Shown here: one piece after another, positions 1 through 9,166 of the stretch
Layout of the letters: every line of letters begins with the position of its first letter
How positions within the stretch are numbered: the stretch's first letter is position 1
Assembly (NCBI GenBank): GCA_963704935.1
Contig: CAVPIF010000003.1
Span: forward strand, 542,024 to 606,023
Origin: an uncultured Chloroflexia bacterium
GTDB taxonomy: Bacteria; Chloroflexota; Limnocylindria; Limnocylindrales; CSP1-4
Direction: 5' to 3'
DNA: 64,000 nucleotides
Translations under genes and position numbers: made by a program
Notes under the pieces: generated by a model
The model's database searches: none
Told to the model about the DNA's origin: nothing
What the model saw: the letters and a program-made list of their open reading frames with translations, nothing else

Positions 1-765
1 CACGCCCTGGAGTGCTCGAAGCGCCTCGCGCGCAGCGGCCTGGACCTGTCGATGATCCGCGTCGCGACGCCGCTGGAGACCGCCACGACCCTGGCCATGA
101 CAGCCGACGATCGTGCCCGGCGATGGCTGCGTCGCTACCTCGGCTGGCGGCGACAGGGCCCGGAGCCGTGCCTCGTGTTGGTCGGCATCCACGGGCCCGA
201 TCGCGTCGTCCGGGCCACGGAGGGGGAGGTCATCCGGGTCGTCCGGGCGATGGGTGGTGTCGGGCTGCCGGGTGTCGCCGCCGCCTGGCGCCGGGAGCGG
301 TTCGCCGCGCCCTACCTGCGGAACGCGCTGTGGGAGGCCGGCTATGCGGTGGATACGCTGGAGACGGCCGCGCCCTGGAGCGTGCTCCCGGCCCTGGCGG
401 CCGAACTCGGACCGAGCCTGCGCCACGGTCTGGAGACCGAGGGCGAGCGGGTGCACGCCTTCAGCCACCTGTCCCACGTCTATCCGTCCGGCTCCAGCCT
501 GTACACCACCTACATCTACCGCCTCGCGGCCGACCCCGAAGAGACCCTGGATCGCTGGCGCCGGCTCAAGCGGGCCGCGAGCGAGCTGATCGTCGCGCAC
601 GGCGGCACCATCAGCCACCAGCACGGTGTCGGCCGCGACCATCTTGCCTACCTGCCGGCGGAGAAGGGCGCCCTCGGCCTCGCAGGCCTGCGAGCCGCCA
701 TCGAGGTCTTCGATCCTGAGGGGACGATGCATCGTGGAGTCCTGCTGCCGGATACGGCCGGATGA
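1..765 (+). CDS. FAD-linked oxidase, C-terminal part (AGPS/GlcD-like FAD-binding oxidoreductase); 5' end outside window
   Basis: Frame 1 is open from nt 1. Motifs AVDTLETA, SHVYxxGSSLY and GGTISHQHGVGRDH are typical of the FAD-oxidase C-terminal domain. Stop codon at 763-765. Confidence 0.6.
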   Translation, partial: HALECSKRLARSGLDLSMIRVATPLETATTLAMTADDRARRWLRRYLGWRRQGPEPCLVLVGIHGPDRVVRATEGEVIRVVRAMGGVGLPGVAAAWRRERFAAPYLRNALWEAGYAVDTLETAAPWSVLPALAAELGPSLRHGLETEGERVHAFSHLSHVYPSGSSLYTTYIYRLAADPEETLDRWRRLKRAASELIVAHGGTISHQHGVGRDHLAYLPAEKGALGLAGLRAAIEVFDPEGTMHRGVLLPDTAG

Positions 766-2336
766 CGACCGACCACGTCCTCGCCATCGACGTCGGGACG
801 CAGAGCGCGCGTGCCCTGGTCGTGGCGCCGGACGGCGCGATCGTGGCGATGGCCCGCGTCCCGTTCGCCCCCTACGTGTCACCCCGGCCCGGTTGGGCGG
901 AACAGGACGCCGAGGTCTACTGGACGGCCCTTGGAGCGGCCTGCCGGCGGGTCCTCGCGGAGCCGACGGTCCGTACCGACGCGCTCGCGGGGGTCACCCT
1001 CACCACCCAGCGCGGGACCGTGGTCGTGACCGACGCCGCCGGGCTGCCGCTCCGCCCGGCGATCATCTGGCTGGACGACCGACGGACCGAGGGACTGCCA
1101 CCGTTCGGTGGCGTCGGGGGCGTGACCGCACTGGGATTCCGCCTGCTCGGGCTGCGCGACACCATCGACACCTTCGCGTCGGCGTGCGAGGCCGGCTGGA
1201 TCCGTCGGCATGAACCGGAGACCTGGTCCCGGATCCGCCACTACCAGCTCCTGTCGGGGTTCCTGACCCATCGACTGACGGGCTCGTTCGTCGACGCGTC
1301 CGCGGCGCAGGTGGGCTACCTGCCGTTCGACTACCGGGCGTCGGCGTGGGCGAAGCCCGGTGACTGGCGCTGGACCGTGGCACCCGTGGACCCGGCCTGG
1401 CTGCCGACGCTCGTGCCGCCCACCGGGACGCTCGGTGCCGTCACCGGCGATGCGTCGGCGCATACCGGGATCCCGGCCGGCCTGACGGTCATCGCGGCTG
1501 CCGCCGACAAGGCCTGCGAGGTGCTGGGCACCGGCGCCATCAGCCCGGAGATCGGCGCGATCTCGTTCGGCACGGCGGCGACCGTCAACACGACGATGCG
1601 CCGCTATGTCGAGGCCATCCCGCTGATCCCGCCGTACCCGTCGGCGGTCCCCGGGGCGTACTCCCTGGAGGTCCAGGTCTACCGCGGGTACTGGATGGTC
1701 GAGTGGTTCAAGCGGGAGTTCGCGGCGGCGGAAGTCGCGCGAGCCGAACGGCTGGGGGTCGCGCCGGAATCGTTGTTCGACGAGCTCGTGGCCGGTGTGC
1801 CCGCGGGCTCGATGGGCCTGATGCTCCAGCCGTACTGGTCACCAGGGCTGCGCGTTCCGGGACCGGAAGCCAAGGGGGCGGTCATCGGATTCGGGGCCGT
1901 GCATACCCGGGCGCACGTCTATCGCGCGATCCTGGAGGGCCTCGCCTACGCGCTCCGCGACGGACTGGACCGGACGTCGAAGCGGACCGGGATCCGGCCG
2001 ACGTCACTGCGCATCGCCGGGGGCGGCTCGCAGAGTCCGGCAGCCGTGCAGCTGACGGCTGACGTGTTCGGACTCCCGGTGGCGATCGGCACGACGCATG
2101 AGGCGAGCGGGCTGGGCGCAGCCATCGACGCGGCGGTGGGCCTGGGGATCCACCCTGACATCGAGTCCGCGGTATCGGCCATGGTGCACATCGGCGAGGT
2201 CCGCGACCCGGACCCCGCCGATCATGCGCGCTACGACGAGTTGTACCGCGACGTCTACCGCCGCATGTACGAACGGCTGCGCCCGCTCTACCGGGAGATC
2301 CGCCGGATCACCGGCTATCCCCCGGGCGGGCACTGA
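762..2336 (+). CDS. FGGY-family carbohydrate kinase (xylulokinase/glycerol-kinase-like)
   Basis: 524 aa. N-terminus LAIDVGTQSARALVV matches the FGGY family, and length fits. ATG overlaps the upstream stop (ATGA). Confidence 0.75.
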   Translation: MTTDHVLAIDVGTQSARALVVAPDGAIVAMARVPFAPYVSPRPGWAEQDAEVYWTALGAACRRVLAEPTVRTDALAGVTLTTQRGTVVVTDAAGLPLRPAIIWLDDRRTEGLPPFGGVGGVTALGFRLLGLRDTIDTFASACEAGWIRRHEPETWSRIRHYQLLSGFLTHRLTGSFVDASAAQVGYLPFDYRASAWAKPGDWRWTVAPVDPAWLPTLVPPTGTLGAVTGDASAHTGIPAGLTVIAAAADKACEVLGTGAISPEIGAISFGTAATVNTTMRRYVEAIPLIPPYPSAVPGAYSLEVQVYRGYWMVEWFKREFAAAEVARAERLGVAPESLFDELVAGVPAGSMGLMLQPYWSPGLRVPGPEAKGAVIGFGAVHTRAHVYRAILEGLAYALRDGLDRTSKRTGIRPTSLRIAGGGSQSPAAVQLTADVFGLPVAIGTTHEASGLGAAIDAAVGLGIHPDIESAVSAMVHIGEVRDPDPADHARYDELYRDVYRRMYERLRPLYREIRRITGYPPGGH

Positions 2337-2370
2337 GCGCCGGGCCTCCGGCCCGGATGAGTTCGTCCCG

Positions 2371-2928
2371 CTACGCGACCGGGCGCGCCGCCTTGACGAT
2401 CATCGTGTTCGCGAAGACGTCATGCCAGCCCTGCTTGGTCGGGCTCTTGGCGGTCGTGTAGAGCAGGAAGATGACCCATGCGAGGGCCGCCAGGCCGATG
2501 AGGATGCCGATCAGTGGCAGGGGGTTGAGGACCTGGGCGATGCTGAACGGTGCGCCCAGGGCGATGAAGCGGCGGATGGCCTGGTCCATGGAGATGGTGG
2601 CTCCGCCAGGCGCGGTCCCGATCTGGAGCCCCAGCACCTGCATCCCGATCGTCGCGCGCCGCGCCGTCCAGGTGTAGCCGAAGTAGGCGCCGCTGATCGC
2701 GAGACCGACCGCCGCGACGATGATCGAGGCGACGTAGTTGTAGCTCAGCTCCAGGCCGTTGACCGTGACCACGTTGAGCCCGATCGCCCCGAGCACCGCG
2801 CCGGCGACGATGTTGATCACCGCCAGGACGATCACGTCGATGATGTACGCGATGATCCGGTTCGGTACGTCACCGTAGACGAAGCCCGTTGGCTGGGTCG
2901 ATCCTGTCGTAGCTGCCGGTTCACTCAT
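2371..2928 (-). CDS. RDD-family membrane protein
   Basis: 185 aa with three hydrophobic helices. Motifs RIIAYIIDVIVL and QGWHDVFANT resemble the RDD domain. Confidence 0.55.
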   Translation of the reverse strand: MSEPAATTGSTQPTGFVYGDVPNRIIAYIIDVIVLAVINIVAGAVLGAIGLNVVTVNGLELSYNYVASIIVAAVGLAISGAYFGYTWTARRATIGMQVLGLQIGTAPGGATISMDQAIRRFIALGAPFSIAQVLNPLPLIGILIGLAALAWVIFLLYTTAKSPTKQGWHDVFANTMIVKAARPVA

Positions 2929-3066
2929 GGGCTGCTGAACCTCCCTCTCCTGACCCCCGGTCGAAGCCGGTCGGCCGCGACTCCGCGCATCGTAGCCCGT
3001 GCAGCGTGGATGGCAAGCGACGGAATCGCACGCTGCGACCGCGCCTGGCTACCCGGTCGCGGCAGG

Positions 3067-3447
3067 TCAGGCCTGGAACAGGGCCCGGATACTCGGCTTG
3101 GTGAGGTAGTACAGCAGCGCACCGTCGATCAAGACCCCGATCATGTGCTGATCGGCCCGGTCACCCGCCAGCACCTGGAGGCCGACCAGGCCCAGGCCGG
3201 ATGCGGCCGCCACGATGCCGAACACCCAGGCCCACCCGGCACGCCGCCCGACCCCGACCGCGAAGGCCGCGATCACCACGGCGTAGGCCACGAACGCGAC
3301 CACGATCGCCCATTCGAGTGGCTGGTCCGGATCGGTTCCATCGCCGAAGATCTCGATCGCCGCATAGACTCCCTGCACGATCAGGATGGCCGTGATGAAT
3401 CCGAGCACGAGTCTCGGACTCGGTACCGTCGAAGATCGCGACATCAC
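3067..3447 (-). CDS. hypothetical small membrane protein (about 4 TM)
   Basis: 126 aa, strongly hydrophobic segments, high GC3. Confidence 0.5.
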   Translation of the reverse strand: MMSRSSTVPSPRLVLGFITAILIVQGVYAAIEIFGDGTDPDQPLEWAIVVAFVAYAVVIAAFAVGVGRRAGWAWVFGIVAAASGLGLVGLQVLAGDRADQHMIGVLIDGALLYYLTKPSIRALFQA

Positions 3448-3504
3448 GCTCCTTCAGGCTGCGTGGACCGCGGTCCGGTCCCGCGTGGCACCCTAGGGTA
3501 CCGG

Positions 3505-3533
3505 TTGACGAACATCCGTTCGGATGCGATAGT
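3505..3533 (+). promoter_or_regulatory. candidate sigma70-type promoter: TTGACG, 17-nt spacer, GATAGT; spacer holds the palindrome CATCCGTTCGGATG
   Basis: Hexamers and spacing read directly from the 272-bp divergent intergenic region upstream of the zinc-ribbon ORF and nuclease-helicase. Perfect 14-bp palindrome at 3514-3527. Confidence 0.25.
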
Positions 3534-3719
3534 AGACGCGTCACCGGTCCGCAGCGACGGCCCCGGTCGAGCGCTTCCTTCACACGGACGCTCCCGGTAC
3601 GCCGCCCGGACCACCAACCGTTCCGGCCCCCATGACGGGCTGTCCTGAGCGGACAACACGGACGCTGCGATGGCCAACCCGCCGTCGGCGCGCCAGAAAG
3701 CCAACGAGTACAAGCACTC

Positions 3720-3917
3720 ATGATGTCCCGAAATGCGACCACGACCTATGCGGGTCGTGCCAGCACCATGCGTCGGCTCCGCCGGCGCGCCGGCGCCAGC
3801 CTGGCGTCGTCCCGCACCTTTTGCCGCACCAACGGCTGCGCGAGTTTCCTGGAGACCGACCCGGTCACCGGCGACGAGCGGTGCCCGATCTGCGGTTACC
3901 TGCGCCGCACCAACTAG
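3720..3917 (+). CDS. small zinc-ribbon protein (Cx4C ... CxxC)
   Basis: 65 aa, high GC3. Cysteines in CRTNGC ... CPICGY. Sits 91 nt upstream of the nuclease-helicase. True start may be an internal Met. Confidence 0.4.
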   Translation: MMSRNATTTYAGRASTMRRLRRRAGASLASSRTFCRTNGCASFLETDPVTGDERCPICGYLRRTN

Positions 3918-4008
3918 CGGACCGGCGCCGTGCCAGGCGGCCGGCGCCCGATTTCGACCTCGGGCTCGTGACGGGCAAGGTGACACGGCCGGCCGCTAAG
4001 GTGCATCC

Positions 4009-7000
4009 GTGCAGTCGATCGATGGCCGGCCCGTCTACGCCGCCACGGACCTGGTCGCCTATCTCGCCTGCGAGCACCTGACCCAGCTGGAACGCGCCGC
4101 CATCGCCGGTCTCGTCCATCGACCGATGCGAGCGGACCCGGAGCTGGACATCATCCGGCGGCGCGGCTTCGAGCACGAGGCCCGCTACCTGCGCGAGCTC
4201 GAGTCGGCCGGTCGGTCGGTCGTGAGCATCGACCTGGACGGCTCGATCGAGGATCGCGGCGAACGACTCCGGGCGGCCGCCGCGCGGACGATCGAAGCGA
4301 TGGCCGCGGGGGCCGACGTGGTCTACCAGGCCACGTTCTTCGACGGAACGTGGCGAGGGCACGCCGACTTCCTGCTGCGGGTCGACGATCCGGAGCGGCC
4401 TTCTGCGTGGGGCGCCCATCACTACGAGGTCGCCGACACGAAGCTCGCCCGCCACGTCAAGGCGAGCGCGATCCTGCAGATCTGCTCCTACATCGATCAA
4501 CTGGAGCGGATCCAGGGTGTCCGCCCGGAGTGGCTCCATGTGGCCCTCGGGGGCAGCGCGCGGGCTGTCGAGCGACTTCGCGTCGACGACTACATGGCCT
4601 ACTACCGGAGCGCCCGGGACCGGTTCCTGGAGACCATGCGGGATGGCACACCGGCGGCCTTCCCGCCGAGCGGGACGTATCCCGAGCCGGTCGACCACTG
4701 CGACGTCTGTCGATGGGCGGCCGAATGCGCGACCCGCCGACGGGCGGACGACCACCTCAGTCTCGTCGCCGGGATCGCCGCCAGCCAGCGCCGGGCGCTG
4801 ACGGATCGTGGCGTGACCACCCTCGAGGCGCTCGCGGCCCTGCCCATCCCACTGGAACCGCCGCTCGAGGGCGTGGGTCCGGGTGCGCTCCTCCGCGTGC
4901 GTGAACAGGCCCGGCTCCAGGCCGAGGGACGTCGCACCGCGTCGCACCGCTACGAGCTCCTCGTCCCGGAAGACGGCGGCGCCCCGGAACGCGAGCGGGG
5001 ACTTGCCTCCTTGCCGCTCCCCTCCCCGGGAGATCTGTTCTTCGACATCGAGGGCGATCCGTACGCGCTGGACGACGGCCTCGACTACCTGTTCGGTGTG
5101 CTCCAGGTGGACGGGACCTTCACCGCGTTCTGGTCGCGAGACGAAGCAGGGACCTTCACGCTGGACGCCGAGCGCCGTGCCTTCGAGCAGTTCATGGACT
5201 TCGTCGCCGAGTGCCGCCGGCGGGACCCGGACCTTCACATCTACCACTACGCGCCCTACGAACCGACTGCGCTCAAGCGCCTGATGGGCCGCTATGGCAC
5301 CCGCGAGGACGAGGTCGACGACCTGCTCCGCAAGGGCGTCCTCGTGGACCTGTTGCGGGCCGTACGGCAGTCCCTCCGCGCGTCGGTGGAGAGCTACTCG
5401 ATCAAGAAGATGGAACCGTTCTATGGGTTCGTCCGTGAGATCGACCTGCGCGACGCCGGCAGCAGCATCGTGGCCTTCGAGGAGTGGCTGGAGCTGGGCG
5501 AAGGCGAGCGGCCCGCGGCGACGCACCTCGACCGGATCGAGGGCTACAACCGTGACGACGTCATCAGCAACCTGCGCCTTCGTGACTGGCTGGAAGGGCG
5601 GCGCGACGAGCTGGCGGCCCTGACCGGTGCGCCGGTCCCCCGGCCCGCGCCACGCGAGGCGCAGCTGCCGGAGGAGCTGACGGAATCCCAGGCACGGGTC
5701 CGGGCGGTCGTGGACCGCCTGGAGGAGCCGGCCATCGTGCCGACGGATCCGGCGCTTCGCACGGCGGAGCAGCAGGCCACCTGGCTGCTGGCCCAGCTCC
5801 TCGGCTGGCATCGCCGCGAGGAACGGGCGATGTGGTGGGAGTTCCATCGGCTCATGGACCTGACGCCCCTCCAGCTGGTCGACGAGGGCGAGCCGATCGG
5901 CCTCCTGGAGCCACTGGAGGCAGTCGGCGAGGAGGCGAGGGGGAAGCAGACCTGGCGGTACCGCTTCCCGGCGCAGGACTTCGACCTCGGTCGCGGCGAG
6001 GTCTACGACCCCGGACAGAAACAGGATCGCCAGGATGACTCCCCGTTCAGCTGGGGCGCCGGGACCGTCATGGCCGTCGATCCGGCGGCTCGGACGATCG
6101 ACCTCCGTCGAGCGGTCGACCGGCCGCACCCACGGGCGATCGTCCCCCTGCCATGGGTCCGCACGACCGGCCACCGGGCGCGCTTGCTGGAGATCGGCAC
6201 ATGGGTGGCGGATCACGGGATCTCGGCCGAGGGTCCGCATCTCGCCGCCCGCGAATTGCTGCTCGGCAGGCCACCGCGCATCGGGGGGCCGCCAGGGGCC
6301 TCGCTCAAGCGGCCGGGCGAGGACGACCTGGCAGCCGCTCGGAGGCTGGTGACCGCGCTCGATCGGACCACCCTCGCGATCCAGGGTCCGCCGGGGTCGG
6401 GCAAGACCTATAGCGGCGCGCGCATGATCTGCACACTGCTGGCGTCCGGACGACGGGTCGGCATCACCGGCCCGAGCCACAAGGTGATCGGCAACCTGCT
6501 TCGTGCCGTGCTGGAGGCCGCGGCCATCGAGGGCGTGGACGTTCGGGCCGTGCAGCGTGGCGAGGCGGACCAGGTCCTCGACGCTGCCATGGTCATCCGC
6601 GGCGCGTCCGCCGACGATGTCCGGGCTCGACTCGACGACGGTCGCGCCAACCTCGCGGCCGGCACATCCTGGCTGTGGACCTCCACGAAGCTCGCCGGCT
6701 CGGTGGACGTCCTCTTCGTCGACGAGGCCGGCCAGATGTCGCTCGCGAACAGCGTGGCGATGGCCCACGCCACGGACAGCGTGGTCCTCCTGGGCGATCC
6801 GCAGCAACTGGACCAGCCGCTCCAGGGGTCCCATCCGCCGGGTGCGGAGCAGTCAGCCCTCGCTCACGTCCTGGGCGGCCAGGCCACCATCGCGCCGGAG
6901 CGCGGCCTCTTCCTCGAGACGACCTGGCGCCTCCACCCGGAGTTGTGCGCCTACACCTCGGAGGTGTTCTACGACGCCAGGCTGGAAGCGGAGCCGCATC

Positions 7001-7593
7001 TCGTCGTCCAGCGGGTGACCGTCGCGGACCCGCGCTTCGACGGTGTCGGGCTGCGGCTGCTCCCGGTCCCGACCACCGGCGCCGACAGCGAGAATCCGGC
7101 TGAAGCCGCCGCGGTCGCCGCGCTGGTGCTGGACCTGACCGCGGAAGGCTCGACCTGGACCGACGAGCATGGAGCCAGAAGAACCCTGCGACTCACCGAC
7201 GTCCTGGTGGTGGCTCCGTACAACGCCCAGGTCGGCGCGATCCGCCGACTCCTGCCTGCCGAGGCGCGCGTCGGCACCGTGGACAAGTTCCAGGGCCAGG
7301 AAGCGCCGATCAGCATCTATTCGCTGACCACCTCGTCCCCGGAACTCGCCCCGCGCGGGATGGACTTCCTCTATAGCCGGAACCGCCTCAACGTCGCGAC
7401 ATCGCGCGCCCGTGGCCTGACGATCCTGGTCATGTCGCCGGACCTGCTCCGAGTGCGAGCCCGATCCCCAGCGCAGATGCGGCTCGCCAATGCCCTCTGC
7501 CGCTACGCCGAGCTGGCCGGCGACGGCCCGAACCACGGCGGGCGCGATCGCCGATCTCCTGACGTTCACGCTCCGCCTATCATCGGTCGGTGA
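4009..7593 (+). CDS. Fe-S RecB/Cas4-like nuclease (TM0106 family) fused to Upf1/DNA2-like SF1B helicase (AAA_11/AAA_12); DNA2/Nhi-like nuclease-helicase
   Basis: 1194 aa with GTG start. N-terminus has a Cys cluster (C ... CDVCRWAAEC), PD-(D/E)xK motifs (GHADFLL, YEVADTK) and a QxxxY motif (LQICSY). C-terminal helicase motifs: GPPGSGKT, DEAGQ, GDPQQL, VDKFQGQE, NVATSRAR. Confidence 0.85.
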   Translation: MQSIDGRPVYAATDLVAYLACEHLTQLERAAIAGLVHRPMRADPELDIIRRRGFEHEARYLRELESAGRSVVSIDLDGSIEDRGERLRAAAARTIEAMAAGADVVYQATFFDGTWRGHADFLLRVDDPERPSAWGAHHYEVADTKLARHVKASAILQICSYIDQLERIQGVRPEWLHVALGGSARAVERLRVDDYMAYYRSARDRFLETMRDGTPAAFPPSGTYPEPVDHCDVCRWAAECATRRRADDHLSLVAGIAASQRRALTDRGVTTLEALAALPIPLEPPLEGVGPGALLRVREQARLQAEGRRTASHRYELLVPEDGGAPERERGLASLPLPSPGDLFFDIEGDPYALDDGLDYLFGVLQVDGTFTAFWSRDEAGTFTLDAERRAFEQFMDFVAECRRRDPDLHIYHYAPYEPTALKRLMGRYGTREDEVDDLLRKGVLVDLLRAVRQSLRASVESYSIKKMEPFYGFVREIDLRDAGSSIVAFEEWLELGEGERPAATHLDRIEGYNRDDVISNLRLRDWLEGRRDELAALTGAPVPRPAPREAQLPEELTESQARVRAVVDRLEEPAIVPTDPALRTAEQQATWLLAQLLGWHRREERAMWWEFHRLMDLTPLQLVDEGEPIGLLEPLEAVGEEARGKQTWRYRFPAQDFDLGRGEVYDPGQKQDRQDDSPFSWGAGTVMAVDPAARTIDLRRAVDRPHPRAIVPLPWVRTTGHRARLLEIGTWVADHGISAEGPHLAARELLLGRPPRIGGPPGASLKRPGEDDLAAARRLVTALDRTTLAIQGPPGSGKTYSGARMICTLLASGRRVGITGPSHKVIGNLLRAVLEAAAIEGVDVRAVQRGEADQVLDAAMVIRGASADDVRARLDDGRANLAAGTSWLWTSTKLAGSVDVLFVDEAGQMSLANSVAMAHATDSVVLLGDPQQLDQPLQGSHPPGAEQSALAHVLGGQATIAPERGLFLETTWRLHPELCAYTSEVFYDARLEAEPHLVVQRVTVADPRFDGVGLRLLPVPTTGADSENPAEAAAVAALVLDLTAEGSTWTDEHGARRTLRLTDVLVVAPYNAQVGAIRRLLPAEARVGTVDKFQGQEAPISIYSLTTSSPELAPRGMDFLYSRNRLNVATSRARGLTILVMSPDLLRVRARSPAQMRLANALCRYAELAGDGPNHGGRDRRSPDVHAPPIIGR

Positions 7594-8858
7594 CCTTCCC
7601 CGTCCTGGACCTGCCCGCGACCGAACTCGCCCGCCTTCGACGCCGGTCGCTGTGGGCGCTCGTGGCCGGCGTGGCGCTGGGAAGTACCGGCCACATCGCC
7701 GCCATCACGGTCGCGACCATCGTGGCGCGGGACATCACCGGCGATACGACCTGGTCGGGCGCGCCCGGAGCCACCGTCGTCCTGGGCGCTGCCACCGGGG
7801 CGATCGTCCTGACGCAGGTCATGGTCCGGCGTGGCCGGCGGGTCGGGCTGGCGACCGGCTACGGGATCGGCGTCATCGGCGCGCTGCTCGCCACCGCGGC
7901 GGTCATGACGGCCTCCATGCCGCTGCTGCTCCTGGGTACCGGCCTGATCGGGTTCGGCAACGCGTCGAACCAGCTGTCGCGCTACGTCGCCGCGGACCTG
8001 TTCCCCCCGGGTCGACGCGCCTCGGCCATCGGGACCGTCGTCTGGGGGGCGACCTTCGGGGCGATCATCGGGCCGAACCTGGCGGCACCGGCATCCGCCC
8101 TCGGCGAGTCGCTGGGGCTGCCCGGTCTCGCCGGCGCATACCTCGTGCCGGTCGCGTTCGTCGGGGTCGCGGCGCTGCTGACGGCCGTGGCATTGCGTCC
8201 CGACCCGTACGCCCTGGCCGACGCGACCGCTCGGCACGACCACCCCGACGCCGAGCGGACGATGTCGGCCTCGATCCGGGAGGTCGTGCGGCGCCCCAAC
8301 GTCCCGGTCGCCATCGCCGCGCTCGTGACGGTCCAGGTCGTGATGGTCCTGATCATGACGATGACGCCGCTGCACATGACGAGCCACGGCCACGACCTCG
8401 GTGCCGTGGGCATCGTCCTGAGCGGCCATACGTTCGGGATGTTCGGCCTGTCACCGATCTCCGGGCGGCTGACGGACCGGTACGGCAGCATCCCGGTGAT
8501 CCTGGCCGGCCTGGGGATCACCGCCGTGGCCGCCGTCCTTGCCGCGGTCGCCCCTCCCGACGGCGGTGTCGTCCTGTTCATCGCGCTGTTCCTGCTCGGG
8601 TACGGATGGAATCTCGGGTACGTCGCCGGATCGGCGCTTCTCACCCAGGGTCTGACACTGGGTGAGCGCACCCGTCTCCAGGGCCTGACGGATGCGCTGA
8701 TCTGGAGTTCGGCCGCCGCGGCAAGCCTTGGCTCCGGGGTCGTCGTCGCGGCCGCGGGCTACGCGACGCTCGGGTTGCTCGGGGCCGCGCTGGTGATCGT
8801 CCCGGGCTGGCTCGTCCTGGCACGTCGACACGCCCCGGGAGTCGCACGGGCGAGCTGA
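7590..8858 (+). CDS. MFS transporter
   Basis: 422 aa, about 12 hydrophobic helices. GTG start overlaps the helicase stop (GTGA). Confidence 0.75.
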   Translation: MTFPVLDLPATELARLRRRSLWALVAGVALGSTGHIAAITVATIVARDITGDTTWSGAPGATVVLGAATGAIVLTQVMVRRGRRVGLATGYGIGVIGALLATAAVMTASMPLLLLGTGLIGFGNASNQLSRYVAADLFPPGRRASAIGTVVWGATFGAIIGPNLAAPASALGESLGLPGLAGAYLVPVAFVGVAALLTAVALRPDPYALADATARHDHPDAERTMSASIREVVRRPNVPVAIAALVTVQVVMVLIMTMTPLHMTSHGHDLGAVGIVLSGHTFGMFGLSPISGRLTDRYGSIPVILAGLGITAVAAVLAAVAPPDGGVVLFIALFLLGYGWNLGYVAGSALLTQGLTLGERTRLQGLTDALIWSSAAAASLGSGVVVAAAGYATLGLLGAALVIVPGWLVLARRHAPGVARAS

Positions 8859-8932
8859 CCCCGGCGAGATCTCGGGGATCGGCCGGGTCGTGGGTGGTCG
8901 CGGCCGGCTTCGTGGGGTACCCTCCGCCCACG

Positions 8933-9163
8933 ATGGCCGCCTACACCGTGACCATGCGGATCGATGGCGTCCGGCCACAGCGCGCCGGGCCTTCCGTGCG
9001 TGGCCGGCGATCACCGATCCGGCCACCGCTCGACGAGGGTCGCGACACGATCGACCTCGTCGGACGCCCGCCCGGGCAGGGCCTGGCCGAGCGTTGGGCC
9101 CGATTCCGCGAGGCCTGGGCCCAGACCACGTTCTTCCTGTTCGACGCCGAGAGCTGGCGCTGA
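8933..9163 (+). CDS. hypothetical small protein
   Basis: About 76 aa, high GC3, no recognisable motif. Lies in a 300-bp gap between convergent genes. Confidence 0.25.
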   Translation: MAAYTVTMRIDGVRPQRAGPSVRGRRSPIRPPLDEGRDTIDLVGRPPGQGLAERWARFREAWAQTTFFLFDAESWR

Positions 9164-9166
9164 AGT

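Noticed and set aside
3865-6834. 989-aa ORF on the minus strand
   Set aside because: It is antisense to the nuclease-helicase gene. The sequence is Arg/Ala/Gly-rich low complexity with no motifs, and long antisense ORFs are expected at about 72% GC.
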